From IMG/VR virus record IMGVR_UViG_2939147180_000003: 14,440 bases of DNA; one strand, given 5' to 3'. Source of the DNA: a virus. Its lineage: Duplodnaviria > Heunggongvirae > Uroviricota > Caudoviricetes. Under the pieces are notes generated by a model. It worked only from the letters and a program-made list of their open reading frames with translations. It was not told where the DNA came from and did not search any database. Shown here piece after piece: positions 1 through 8,289 of this stretch. The position numbers and the translations under genes are program-made. Positions within the stretch are counted from its first letter, which is position 1; each line of letters begins with the position of its first letter.

Positions 1-798
1 TTAATGAACATTCGTCGCCGAAAACGAGTCTGTATCATTAGTGCGATGCAGTCTCTGCAAAGGATCTTGTTGATAAAATTGGCAGAAACGTTGCCACAAT
101 GAAGGGAAACGAGGAGCAAAAAGTTCTGGGGCGCTAAAGAAATATTCAGAAAGTACGGCAAAACATTCAGCAGGATCACTGGCAGCATAAGCATCAATGC
201 TCGCCGCATTCTCGCCAACCAATTCGATTTCTTCCTGAATGTTGTTCATTGCAGCATGAAGATCGTGTTCCCAGCCAGCAACCTCACGCAACGGAATAAA
301 GGGAACTCCGCTGGCGCGATCGCCGTTACGGGTGTCCAGCTTATGAGCGACTTCATGAATAATCAGGTTAAAACCAGAAGCATCAAAAGAATCTTGTATA
401 TCCAACCAGTTCAAAACGATAGGCCCTTGCTGCCAGCTCTGACCTGACTGAACAATACGTTGGTTATGCACCAGACCGATATCGTCTTCCCATTCATCAT
501 CGACCACAAATGGCGCAGGATAAATTAAGACTTCATGAAAACCATCCAGCCATTCCAGTCCTAACTCCAGAACGGGTAGGCAAAATAGAAGTGCTATCCG
601 GCAGCTTCTTAATGAATCCAGTTCAAAGCCCTGTAAAGGAACAAGCCGCTTTTGCTGTAAAAAACGTTCGGCAAGAGTGACTAATTTGCTTTGTTCCTGT
701 TCCGTCAGACCCGTTAAAAGGGGGATCGATAGTGCTTCCTGCCAGGGAAGGGCAGTTTGATGTGCTGATTCTTGTACTTTCCAGGGCCACTTAATCAT
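1..798 (-). CDS. mtfA: MtfA (Mlc titration factor A, Zn-dependent peptidase fold)
   Basis: ORF 1..837 (-); conserved N-terminus MIKWPWK places the start at 798; HEVAH zinc-binding motif; full-length resemblance to enterobacterial MtfA from memory; stop codon at 1-3. Confidence 0.9.
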   Translation of the reverse strand: MIKWPWKVQESAHQTALPWQEALSIPLLTGLTEQEQSKLVTLAERFLQQKRLVPLQGFELDSLRSCRIALLFCLPVLELGLEWLDGFHEVLIYPAPFVVDDEWEDDIGLVHNQRIVQSGQSWQQGPIVLNWLDIQDSFDASGFNLIIHEVAHKLDTRNGDRASGVPFIPLREVAGWEHDLHAAMNNIQEEIELVGENAASIDAYAASDPAECFAVLSEYFFSAPELFAPRFPSLWQRFCQFYQQDPLQRLHRTNDTDSFSATNVH

Positions 799-891
799 CG
801 TTTTGCTCGCAAACTCGTCACTTGAACAAAATTGCACGGACAGGGACTGTTAAAATGCCAAATTTCCTGGCATCATGGCAACCATCTGAAC

Positions 892-981
892 GGAGAGATG
901 CCGGAGCGGCTGAACGGACCGGTCTCGAAAACCGGAGTAGGGGCAACTCTACCGGGGGTTCAAATCCCCCTCTCTCCGCCA
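892..981 (+). tRNA. serU: tRNA-Ser (anticodon CGA)
   Basis: 90-nt sequence GGAGAGATGCCGGAGCGGCTGAACGG...CTCTCTCCGCCA: 7-bp acceptor stem GGAGAGA/TCTCTCC, anticodon stem CCGGT/ACCGG with loop CTCGAAA (anticodon CGA), long variable arm typical of Ser, T-arm GGGGGTTCAAATCCCCC, 3' CCA encoded. Matches enterobacterial serU from memory. Confidence 0.9.
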
Positions 982-1027
982 CTATTCAAACACTTACAGC
1001 ATTCCCTTTCAGTGACCTGCATCCCGA

Positions 1028-1061
1028 TGAGAAAAATTGAGAAAATCCACTGAGAAAAATT
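1028..1061. repeat. Tandem TGAGAAAA(A)T motifs between tRNA and int; candidate integrase arm-type sites
   Basis: TGAGAAAAATT at 1028-1038 and 1051-1061 (identical), variant TGAGAAAATCC at 1038-1048; lies between the tRNA 3' end and the int stop, where P'-arm sites of tRNA-targeting integrases usually sit. Function is inferred. Confidence 0.3.
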
Positions 1062-1093
1062 CTAGCGCCGAAGCATGCTCCGACGCCAAAGAA

Positions 1094-2071
1094 TCATCTC
1101 ATTTTCTTGTTCAACGTGGGGCTGATTTTAACTTTCCTGTCGTAAACAAGTACCTGTGATTCTGTCTTATGACCACTGAATTTTTGCTTATCCCTGCCAG
1201 ATCCTTCATAGTCTGAGATCCCTTTAGCCTTTAGATCATGGAAGGTGCAATCAAGTGGCCTACCAAGTTCTTCAGAAGCCGCGTTTCTCGCTTTTCTCCA
1301 TGCTTCATTAAATCCCTTGTATGAATAACGCTCACCATACATTGTCCTGATAACAGGGCCATCCTGTCCCCATTCCCTGCAAATATCCACAGCCGCACTA
1401 AGACGCTCAGTCCAGGCTTTGATCTGTTTAATACCAGTTTTACCTTGCTGTATGAAAATTCCTTTATCAAGAATCTGATTCCAGTTCATTTTAAGAACAT
1501 CAGATACCCTTGCAGCGCAAAGATACGCAATTTCCATCGCGGCTTTAACTGCAGGTGTCGCATGAGTGAAGATAGCTATGTACTCTTCATCAGTTATGTA
1601 GCGGTCGCGCTGGGGTTTAGGAAACTTATCGACACCAACACACGGATTACCTGGTACATAACCACGCTGATAACCCCAGCGGTATACACGAGACATTGAA
1701 CTATGCTCGTGATTAGCCTGAACACGGCTTCTTTTACCACGTGCATCCATGTAGCGTCGGACGTGTTCTGGTTTAATGGCCTTTGCTTCTGCATCGCCGA
1801 AAACCGCTAACAAGTATTTTTCATGTGCCAGGTAATCTTTTTGTGTCCTGGGGGCAAGGTCTGCATAGTCAGCACTATTTAAAAATTTTTTCCACAATTG
1901 TTGAAAGGTGAGTAGTTTTTTTCGACCTTCAACGACTTTCTCGTAAGCTAACCAAACCTCCGCTTTAGAAGCGTTTGCTGGGGCTAGATTCTCGGTAGTA
2001 CCTCCTGGCTTCCAGTAGTAACCGGAAGGGCGGAAAAACACACCCTTCGGCATCCACTCATTCAGCATCAA
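1094..2071 (-). CDS. int: Phage integrase, tyrosine recombinase (lambda Int family)
   Basis: ORF 1094..2071 (-); first codon at 2071 is TTG, first ATG at 2068. Alignable to lambda Int catalytic region: CAARVSD (Arg I), QQGKTGIK (Lys), TFHDLKAKG (HxLR box but with Lys), SGHKTESQVLVYDRK (His, Tyr nucleophile). Adjacent to the tRNA 3' end. Confidence 0.9.
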   Translation of the reverse strand: MMLNEWMPKGVFFRPSGYYWKPGGTTENLAPANASKAEVWLAYEKVVEGRKKLLTFQQLWKKFLNSADYADLAPRTQKDYLAHEKYLLAVFGDAEAKAIKPEHVRRYMDARGKRSRVQANHEHSSMSRVYRWGYQRGYVPGNPCVGVDKFPKPQRDRYITDEEYIAIFTHATPAVKAAMEIAYLCAARVSDVLKMNWNQILDKGIFIQQGKTGIKQIKAWTERLSAAVDICREWGQDGPVIRTMYGERYSYKGFNEAWRKARNAASEELGRPLDCTFHDLKAKGISDYEGSGRDKQKFSGHKTESQVLVYDRKVKISPTLNKKMR

Positions 2072-2216
2072 TCACATCTTGGGATACAGACGCTTGGATA
2101 ATATCTGCTTCGCTATAGTCGCCCCGCATAACCAGAAAACGAGCCTCATCGGAGCAGAGGTAATCAACTGCCCCATCAAATTTCCCCTTGCTGGTTGGTT
2201 TGGTTACGTTGCTCAT
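2058..2216 (-). CDS. Small acidic hypothetical protein (52 aa), translationally coupled upstream of int
   Basis: MSNVTKPTSKGKFDGAVDYLCSDEARFLVMRGDYSEADIIQASVSQDVIDAE; ATG at 2216 overlaps the stop of the preceding ORF (ATGA), and its 3' end overlaps the int start. Occupies the usual excisionase position but is acidic, unlike typical basic Xis proteins. Confidence 0.4.
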   Translation of the reverse strand: MSNVTKPTSKGKFDGAVDYLCSDEARFLVMRGDYSEADIIQASVSQDVIDAE

Positions 2217-2347
2217 GCTGTCCACCATTCAATAAACATGCAGATACCAACGGTTACTACGGCAATCAGCACCCAGCAGATCACATCTAACAGGGCGGCG
2301 AGCCGACGCAGGGTGTATTTGCTGTAATTCTCAGGTTCAAAATTCAT
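2213..2347 (-). CDS. Small hydrophobic protein (44 aa, one predicted TM helix)
   Basis: MNFEPENYSKYTLRRLAALLDVICWVLIAVVTVGICMFIEWWTA; start ATG (2347) overlaps the ParB-like stop (ATGA), stop overlaps the next start (ATGA). Below the 60-aa cutoff of the ORF track; supported only by the coupling geometry. Confidence 0.4.
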   Translation of the reverse strand: MNFEPENYSKYTLRRLAALLDVICWVLIAVVTVGICMFIEWWTA

Positions 2348-3129
2348 TGCGCCTCCCCAAGCACCCAGCGCAGAGCCTCGGCATATTCGCCACTGGCATC
2401 TTCGAGTGCTTTTGTAATTTCTTTGCGGGTTTTCAGGCGCGGCTTTGCATCACCGAGGATCTGACGCTGACGCCGAGCTTTTTCATGGCCCGTGGTGCCG
2501 GCGGTCGCTGTCTCGATCTGCTTGACCTTCTCCCGTTGCTCTTCGGGTTTAAGCGATGCCAACTGACGCGCCTGGGTAACAGTGACCGTTCCGGACTCCA
2601 CTGCATCGCGAACAGCTTGGGTGGCATCCAGCAGTGACAGAGTTGCGCGTACGGTCTGGACACTCACGCCAAACATCAGCGCTAAATCATCCTCATCGTG
2701 CCCGCGCTCCAGCGCATCAGCCATTTTCTTTGCTCGGCCTAGCGGCGTATCTGCCTGGCGGATTTCGTTAGCACTTACCATCGCCTGCGCCATGCGAATG
2801 GCAGAGCCACGTTTAGGGACTCCCGGAACCAGTAACGGTTCTTTGCCCAATTTTGACAGACGCTTATTGGCTTCCAGTGTATGGCGCACACGCTGGCGAC
2901 CATCAACCACACAAGACAGCCCTGTTTCCGGGTCTTTCCAGACGATAATCGGCTCAAGAACGCCCTGGTCCATGATGTTCAGCACCATTGCCTCGCTGAT
3001 AGGCAGGTGGATACGCTCATCGTAAAGCGGGTGCGTTTTGTCGGTAACCAGGTGCAGTTTTTCAGGTTCAAACGCTAAAACGTTCGTTTTGCCACTCGCG
3101 CCATATACCAGCTTTGAGTCTTTAGCCAT
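2344..3129 (-). CDS. ParB/Spo0J-family protein (ParB N-terminal nuclease-like domain plus HTH)
   Basis: 261 aa; ParB-box-like motif VVDGRQRVRH, followed by an HTH-like segment LALMFGVSVQTVRATLSLL and a charged C-terminal region; ATG 3129 overlaps the upstream stop (ATGA). No parA partner in the window. Confidence 0.75.
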   Translation of the reverse strand: MAKDSKLVYGASGKTNVLAFEPEKLHLVTDKTHPLYDERIHLPISEAMVLNIMDQGVLEPIIVWKDPETGLSCVVDGRQRVRHTLEANKRLSKLGKEPLLVPGVPKRGSAIRMAQAMVSANEIRQADTPLGRAKKMADALERGHDEDDLALMFGVSVQTVRATLSLLDATQAVRDAVESGTVTVTQARQLASLKPEEQREKVKQIETATAGTTGHEKARRQRQILGDAKPRLKTRKEITKALEDASGEYAEALRWVLGEAQ

Positions 3130-3428
3130 CAGAGAGCCTCCACGTTACGGAAGCTGGTGGGGCAAATTGCCTTCAAATCGCGCATAGCCTCTAGAACATG
3201 CATATTTGTGCGATTCTTGGTGTGTCGCTCGGTCAGGCGATCACACTCTTTCGCCCATGATTTGACCTCTGCAAGAAGGGCGTCACGTTCGGTGCGCGTC
3301 TGGCGCAGAGCTACATTCGAAACATCGAGGACGGTAGCCAGTTCCTTGATGATTGCTGCCTGTTCTGGTGGCATAGTTTTGGCTATTTCGTACGCCTGTT
3401 TAATCAGTTGTTTTGCTGTCTTAGCCAT
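3129..3428 (-). CDS. Hypothetical protein (99 aa), first gene of the leftward early operon
   Basis: Track ORF 3129..3479 trimmed to ATG at 3428 (MAKTAKQLIKQ...) preceded by GGAGA 7 nt upstream; stop overlaps the ParB-like start. Confidence 0.6.
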   Translation of the reverse strand: MAKTAKQLIKQAYEIAKTMPPEQAAIIKELATVLDVSNVALRQTRTERDALLAEVKSWAKECDRLTERHTKNRTNMHVLEAMRDLKAICPTSFRNVEAL

Positions 3429-3724
3429 CTTTTGTTCTCCATCTGACGCTCTGCAACGCGTAAATTTAGGGTGCAGCAACCCAACCCATGAGAATGGGTG
3501 AATAGCTGGTTAAAATTTCTTGCTGATGGGGGACCGCCACTGCAATGGCGGTACGTTAGTTCTCCACACAACACAGAAGAGCACCTGCGGCCGCAAATCC
3601 GCTCGGGCGGATTGTGTTAGGGCACGTCACTCGGTGGTGCTCTGATGTCTTTTGTAAAAGGGCGAACCAGAAACAATGGGGAAACTGGTGCCGCCAAGAT
3701 GACATAGTCCATCAGACTCACTTG

Positions 3725-3768
3725 ATGTTAGGTTATGCCTAATGTCATGTCAATAGGCTTAGCCTAAT
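3725..3768 (-). promoter_or_regulatory. PL-like leftward promoter overlapped by two operator palindromes (OL-like)
   Basis: On the minus strand TTGACA (3753..3748), 17-nt spacer, TAACAT (3730..3725). Operator-like 17-mers GTTAGGT-TAT-GCCTAAT (3727-3743) and AATAGGC-TTA-GCCTAAT (3752-3768), centres 25 bp apart, related to the perfect palindrome at 5776-5792. Confidence 0.5.
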
Positions 3769-3782
3769 GTTGGTCGGCGGTC

Positions 3783-3806
3783 AAAAAAAATCCCGCATAA
3801 GCGGGA
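3783..3806 (-). terminator. Intrinsic terminator-like hairpin (reads as hairpin plus U-tract on the minus strand)
   Basis: Stem TCCCGC (3791-3796) / GCGGGA (3801-3806), loop ATAA, flanked by A8 at 3783-3790 (T8 on the minus strand). Sits between the IS5 left end and the PL-like promoter. Confidence 0.5.
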
Positions 3807-3826
3807 TTTGTGTGAAATAAAGCTAG

Positions 3827-5021
<1,195 letters not shown>

Positions 5022-5247
5022 CTAACATTTTTAACATGTTCAATGTGATTTTTAAGACGTACTTTGAAGTTTTCCATGCATCCTCCATGCAAAGTGAAAA
5101 CCTGCTGTTAAATCAAAGCAAGTCACAATCCCGGATAGGCTTCATACAAGCCAATCCCCCACAGGGATTGAGTTATGCAAGCGAATCAATCTCAGAGCTT
5201 TTAACATGTATGGAGCTTAGAGATATTGTCCGTTAGACCATATAAGC

Positions 5248-5724
5248 TTAAGCTCTGGCTTTCGTTTGTTTTTTTCCATCTTCCTCCTGCTCTGCCCATC
5301 TCCTTATCTTCATCTCTAATGAGTCTAAATATGCTTTAGCATCGCTATCTACCCAGCCAGGTATACGCTGTCCTTGCTCTAAGAGGACAAAATCAATGAT
5401 AGCCTTTTTTTCTCTCGAAGCCTTATTATAGAGCTCGTCAATAGAACCATTTTTAACTATGGGATCTGTTGCGGGCTCACATGTATCAGTTAGCGGGTAT
5501 CCCTTTAGTCCCCAGTGCTCGGGGCCCACAACATCAGAAAAGTAGTTCCAAAGCTCTGGTAGCTTCTCTTTCGATATGGAGCCTTTATTGATCCAGTCAT
5601 GGATTGATGGGGGTTTTATTTTGAAATGACGTGCGATTTCCGCCTTACTCTTGGCAGAACCTATTGAAAGCTTCTTGTCTATGGCCTGCTCGATCGCTCG
5701 GCCCAATTCTTTACCACTAAGCAT
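5248..5724 (-). CDS. Prophage repressor, HTH (Cro/C1-type) with non-peptidase C-terminal domain (RacR-like architecture)
   Basis: 158 aa; N-terminal HTH (SKAEIARHFKIKPPSIHDWINKG); no GDSM / Ser-Lys S24 motifs in the C-terminal half; divergent from a cro-like gene across an operator cluster; GAGGA upstream of ATG 5724. Confidence 0.7.
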   Translation of the reverse strand: MLSGKELGRAIEQAIDKKLSIGSAKSKAEIARHFKIKPPSIHDWINKGSISKEKLPELWNYFSDVVGPEHWGLKGYPLTDTCEPATDPIVKNGSIDELYNKASREKKAIIDFVLLEQGQRIPGWVDSDAKAYLDSLEMKIRRWAEQEEDGKKQTKARA

Positions 5725-5793
5725 TGCCTAATAATCCTCATAACCTATAGCTTAGGCAATTCCTATTGGTTGTTTATTAGGCTTAGCCTAATA
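5716..5793. promoter_or_regulatory. Divergent immunity control region: three operator-like palindromes and a PR-like promoter
   Basis: Perfect 7-3-7 palindrome ATTAGGC-TTA-GCCTAAT at 5776-5792; degenerate copies at about 5751-5767 (CTTAGGC-AAT-TCCTATT) and 5716-5732 (ACTAAGC-ATT-GCCTAAT, overlapping the repressor start). Plus-strand TTGGTT (5765-5770), 17 nt, TAATAT (5788-5793). Confidence 0.55.
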
Positions 5794-5825
5794 TCTGCTT
5801 GTGTGGAAATCATAGGAATCCGTTT

Positions 5826-6089
5826 ATGAGAAGTAGCCTTGAAGCAATCAGTGAAGCCTGCCGCATTGTTGGGGGACAAGCCGCTTTGTCAAGGAATCTA
5901 GGCATCTCATCACCAACAGTGAATCAATGGACAACGGGCATTAGGCAAATACCTGCGGAACGATGTCCTGCGATTGAGAAAGCTACTGGTGGTGCTGTCA
6001 CCTGCGAAGAGCTTCGTCCTGACATTGACTGGGCCTATTTAAGAGGTGCAGCAATGCGAAAGCTTAATGTCACTGCATCAAATTTGTAA
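5826..6089 (+). CDS. Cro/YdaS-like HTH regulator
   Basis: Track ORF 5799..6089 trimmed to ATG 5826 with AGGAA upstream; MRSSLEAISEACRIVGGQAALSRNLGISSPTVNQWTTGIRQIPAERCPAIEKATGG... resembles the YdaS/Cro family of the Rac prophage from memory. Confidence 0.75.
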   Translation: MRSSLEAISEACRIVGGQAALSRNLGISSPTVNQWTTGIRQIPAERCPAIEKATGGAVTCEELRPDIDWAYLRGAAMRKLNVTASNL

Positions 6090-6117
6090 CTACCACCCGA
6101 GTTTGAAAGGAGTAGGT

Positions 6118-6570
6118 ATGAACCTCAAAGAAGTCGTGAAATCTATGTGCAAAGCATATCCAGGTGGGCGCGAAGCAATGGCTGGCGCACTGGGAATGAC
6201 GGTGACGCAGTTTAACAACAACCTTTACGAGAAAAACGGCTGTCGTTTCTTCGAAGTCAGCGAACTGGAAGCGATGGAGGACATCTCGAATACATCTCAC
6301 CTGGCTGAATATTTTGCCCGCCGTCGTGGTGCTCTGCTGGTGGATGTTCCGCACCTGGAAGAACTGGACCGCGTGGACTTGTTTAGCCGGGCAATGCGTA
6401 CCTCTGCCGCCAGGGGGCAGGTTGATCAGATTATCGAACAGGCGCTTGAAGATGGCGTTATTGAAAGGCACGAGGCCGAAGAAATCATGGTGCATCACCG
6501 CCGTCACCTGGCAGCTCGTGAAGAAGAGATTGCCGCAATCATCACGCTTTTTTCACGCAAAAAGAAGTGA
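6118..6570 (+). CDS. YdaT/CII-like regulatory protein
   Basis: Track ORF 6046..6570 trimmed to ATG 6118 preceded by AAGGAG (gaaaggagtaggtATG); position immediately after cro-like gene as in Rac racR-ydaS-ydaT. Family assignment is by position and recalled similarity only. Confidence 0.55.
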   Translation: MNLKEVVKSMCKAYPGGREAMAGALGMTVTQFNNNLYEKNGCRFFEVSELEAMEDISNTSHLAEYFARRRGALLVDVPHLEELDRVDLFSRAMRTSAARGQVDQIIEQALEDGVIERHEAEEIMVHHRRHLAAREEEIAAIITLFSRKKK

Positions 6571-6597
6571 CGCCAGCGAGTTGCAGCTCCTGGCGTC

Positions 6598-7437
6598 GTG
6601 GCGTGTCGTTATCAGTGGAGATTACTAACGCATGAACAGTTTATCAACACAATACCGCAGGTCGCAACTTGTAGCGCGGCCAGTTCCTGGTGGAGCAGGG
6701 CCGGTGCAGTTCGTGTAGAGCCATTCGTTGGTGGTGGGTCGGTATTCCTGAACAGCGAAAAGCACGCAGATTACCTGCTGGCGGACGTTAACCCGGACCT
6801 GATTAATCTGTATCAGATGTTAGCGGTCGTGCCGGATGAAGTGGAATTGAAGGCCCGCTGGATGTTCGAGCACATGCGGTCACCAGAGCGCTATGAGCTG
6901 ATCCGTTCCGAGTTCAACTCTCAGACGCTGGATGCTACTGAACGCGCAGCTGCATTCCTGTATCTCAACCGGCATTGCTTCAATGGTCTGATGCGCTACA
7001 ACCAGGCGAACAAGTTCAATGTGGGCTGGGGAGGCTACAAGGCTCCGTATTACCCGATGGATGAGATGAAAGCCTTCGCGGCTATGGCGCATAACTGCGT
7101 ATTCATGACGGCTGATTACCGCCGGACAATCAGCCTGGCCGGGAAAGGGGATGTGGTTTACTGCGATCCGCCTTACGAACCGATGCCGGGAACAACCGGA
7201 TTCACCGCCTACGCCGCTGGTGGTTTTAACTGGGAGAACCAGGTAGACCTGGCGAAGCAATGCGTATCAGCCTTTCACCGTGGGGCTCGGGTAGTGATTT
7301 CTAACTCATCTGCACCGAAGGTTCTCGACCTGTACCGGGAGCATGGTTTTAACCTGCAATTCATCAACGCGCGCCGTTCGATCTCCTGCAAAAGCAGTAC
7401 GCGGGAAGTCGCAAAAGACGTTGTAGCGATCCTTTAA
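6598..7437 (+). CDS. dam: DNA adenine (N6) methyltransferase, Dam family
   Basis: VEPFVGGGSVF (SAM motif I) and CDPPYEP (DPPY catalytic motif); alignable along its length to E. coli Dam from memory. Only in-frame start is GTG at 6598 with no good SD; same frame as the upstream gene, separated by a single TGA. Confidence 0.8.
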   Translation: MACRYQWRLLTHEQFINTIPQVATCSAASSWWSRAGAVRVEPFVGGGSVFLNSEKHADYLLADVNPDLINLYQMLAVVPDEVELKARWMFEHMRSPERYELIRSEFNSQTLDATERAAAFLYLNRHCFNGLMRYNQANKFNVGWGGYKAPYYPMDEMKAFAAMAHNCVFMTADYRRTISLAGKGDVVYCDPPYEPMPGTTGFTAYAAGGFNWENQVDLAKQCVSAFHRGARVVISNSSAPKVLDLYREHGFNLQFINARRSISCKSSTREVAKDVVAIL

Positions 7438-7446
7438 GGGGGCTAA

Positions 7447-8289
7447 ATGAAACTGACTTTACCATTTCCACCGAGCGTAAATAGTTACTGGCGCGCCCCG
7501 AGCAAGGGACCGCTGAAAGGCAGGCATCTGGTAAGCGAGACAGGGCGCAAGTTCCAGCAGGCAGCGAGAGCGGCGATTATTGAGCAACTGCGGGCCGTTC
7601 CCCGGCCATCCTCAGATCTGGCCGAGGTTCACATAAACGTTGTTGAGGGCGCGGGGCTTGAGCTTGATCCTGATGATGATTCACAGGTTCTTAAAGCGAT
7701 TGGTGGCGGTCGCCTGCTTAATATTGTCACCTTTACTAAGTCAGGGACTTACACTCCAACTAAAGGGACGAAAAGAGTGCGGGTGAAAGTTTGGGGAGCG
7801 GGGGGAGGTGGCCAGAATGCTCCAGTTAGTGTGGGCGCATCTGGAGGTTGTGCTGGTGGATTTTCGGAAGGGTTATTTAATATTTCTGATAACGAAACTA
7901 TATCTGTGACGATAGGTACTGGTGGCAGTGCTGTTGCTGCTGGTGTCTCGTCTAAAGGCGGGAATGGTGGTGATACAAGGTTCGGGAGTTTAATCTCAGC
8001 TACTGGAGGGAGTGGTGGCGGGGCTACAGTTCCTGCTGGAGGTATCGGAAGTGGCGGGAACATTTTAAATATTACTGGCGGAATATCTCAAGGTGGTCTG
8101 TATTATGGTTCTGATGCTTTTATTGGCGGGGCTGGAGGATCTGCATTTTCATCAACGGGTGGCAATGGCCACTTCGGTAGTTCTGGCGATGATGGCGGTT
8201 TCCCCGGCTCAGGTGGTGCCGGGGGGAATGGTAACTATTCATCAGGAAAAGGAGCGAATGGTTTAGTTTACCTTGAAGAGTTTTCCTGA
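7447..8289 (+). CDS. Chimeric ORF: RusA-like Holliday-junction resolvase N-terminal region fused to a glycine-rich tail-fibre-type C-terminal domain
   Basis: aa 1-96 RusA-like (LPFPPSVNSYWR, DPDDDSQV, GGGRLLNIVTF); aa 111-280 Gly-rich repeats (VKVWGAGGGG ... GANGLVYLEEFS). Synonymous codon usage shifts from G/C-ending to A/T-ending near nt 7720-7780. ATG 7447 with AAGGGGG upstream. Confidence 0.65.
   Translation: MKLTLPFPPSVNSYWRAPSKGPLKGRHLVSETGRKFQQAARAAIIEQLRAVPRPSSDLAEVHINVVEGAGLELDPDDDSQVLKAIGGGRLLNIVTFTKSGTYTPTKGTKRVRVKVWGAGGGGQNAPVSVGASGGCAGGFSEGLFNISDNETISVTIGTGGSAVAAGVSSKGGNGGDTRFGSLISATGGSGGGATVPAGGIGSGGNILNITGGISQGGLYYGSDAFIGGAGGSAFSSTGGNGHFGSSGDDGGFPGSGGAGGNGNYSSGKGANGLVYLEEFS

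Noticed and set aside
256-447. 63-aa plus-strand ORF inside mtfA
   Set aside because: Antisense to a well-conserved full-length gene.
822-1053. Two plus-strand ORFs (72 and 73 aa) overlapping the tRNA-Ser gene
   Set aside because: They run through a well-folded tRNA and the att region; no RBS; most likely chance ORFs.
1231-1794. Small ORFs within or antisense to the integrase gene (1231..1470 -, 1445..1699 +, 1594..1794 -)
   Set aside because: Embedded in the integrase coding region, whose frame has clear family motifs.
2079-2327. 82-aa plus-strand ORF opposite the two small coupled minus-strand ORFs
   Set aside because: The minus-strand ORFs form a chain of ATGA stop/start overlaps with parB-like and int; the plus-strand ORF has no RBS or partner genes. 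Either call is uncertain.
2347-3078. Plus- and minus-strand ORFs inside the ParB-like gene (2347..2637 +, 2433..2663 -, 2582..3025 +, 2775..2957 -, 2881..3078 +)
   Set aside because: Overlap a 261-aa ORF with recognisable ParB motifs; typical shadow ORFs.
3157-3501. 114-aa plus-strand ORF antisense to the 99-aa early-left gene
   Set aside because: No RBS; the minus-strand gene has GGAGA plus ATG and operon coupling.
3530-3620. Lambda-type nut site (boxA plus boxB)
   Set aside because: A GCTCTT boxA-like hexamer exists but the nearest hairpin is about 25 nt away with a 7-bp stem and 6-nt loop, unlike boxB; reported only as a generic structured leader.
6070-6628. ORFs antisense to or overlapping the YdaT-like gene (6070..6507 -, 6314..6628 +)
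   Set aside because: The plus-strand YdaT-like frame has a strong AAGGAG RBS and operon context.
6632-6718. Possible alternative Dam start at ATG 6632 in a different frame (MNSLSTQYRR...PGGAGPVQFV), implying a frameshift
   Set aside because: That frame stops after 28 codons and does not join the Dam frame without a frameshift; no slippery sequence noticed. Kept only as a caveat on the Dam start.
6880-7260. 126-aa minus-strand ORF inside dam
   Set aside because: Antisense to a gene with clear Dam motifs.
7749-8063. 104-aa proline-rich minus-strand ORF
   Set aside because: Mirror image of the Gly-rich coding region (GGN codons read as NCC on the other strand).
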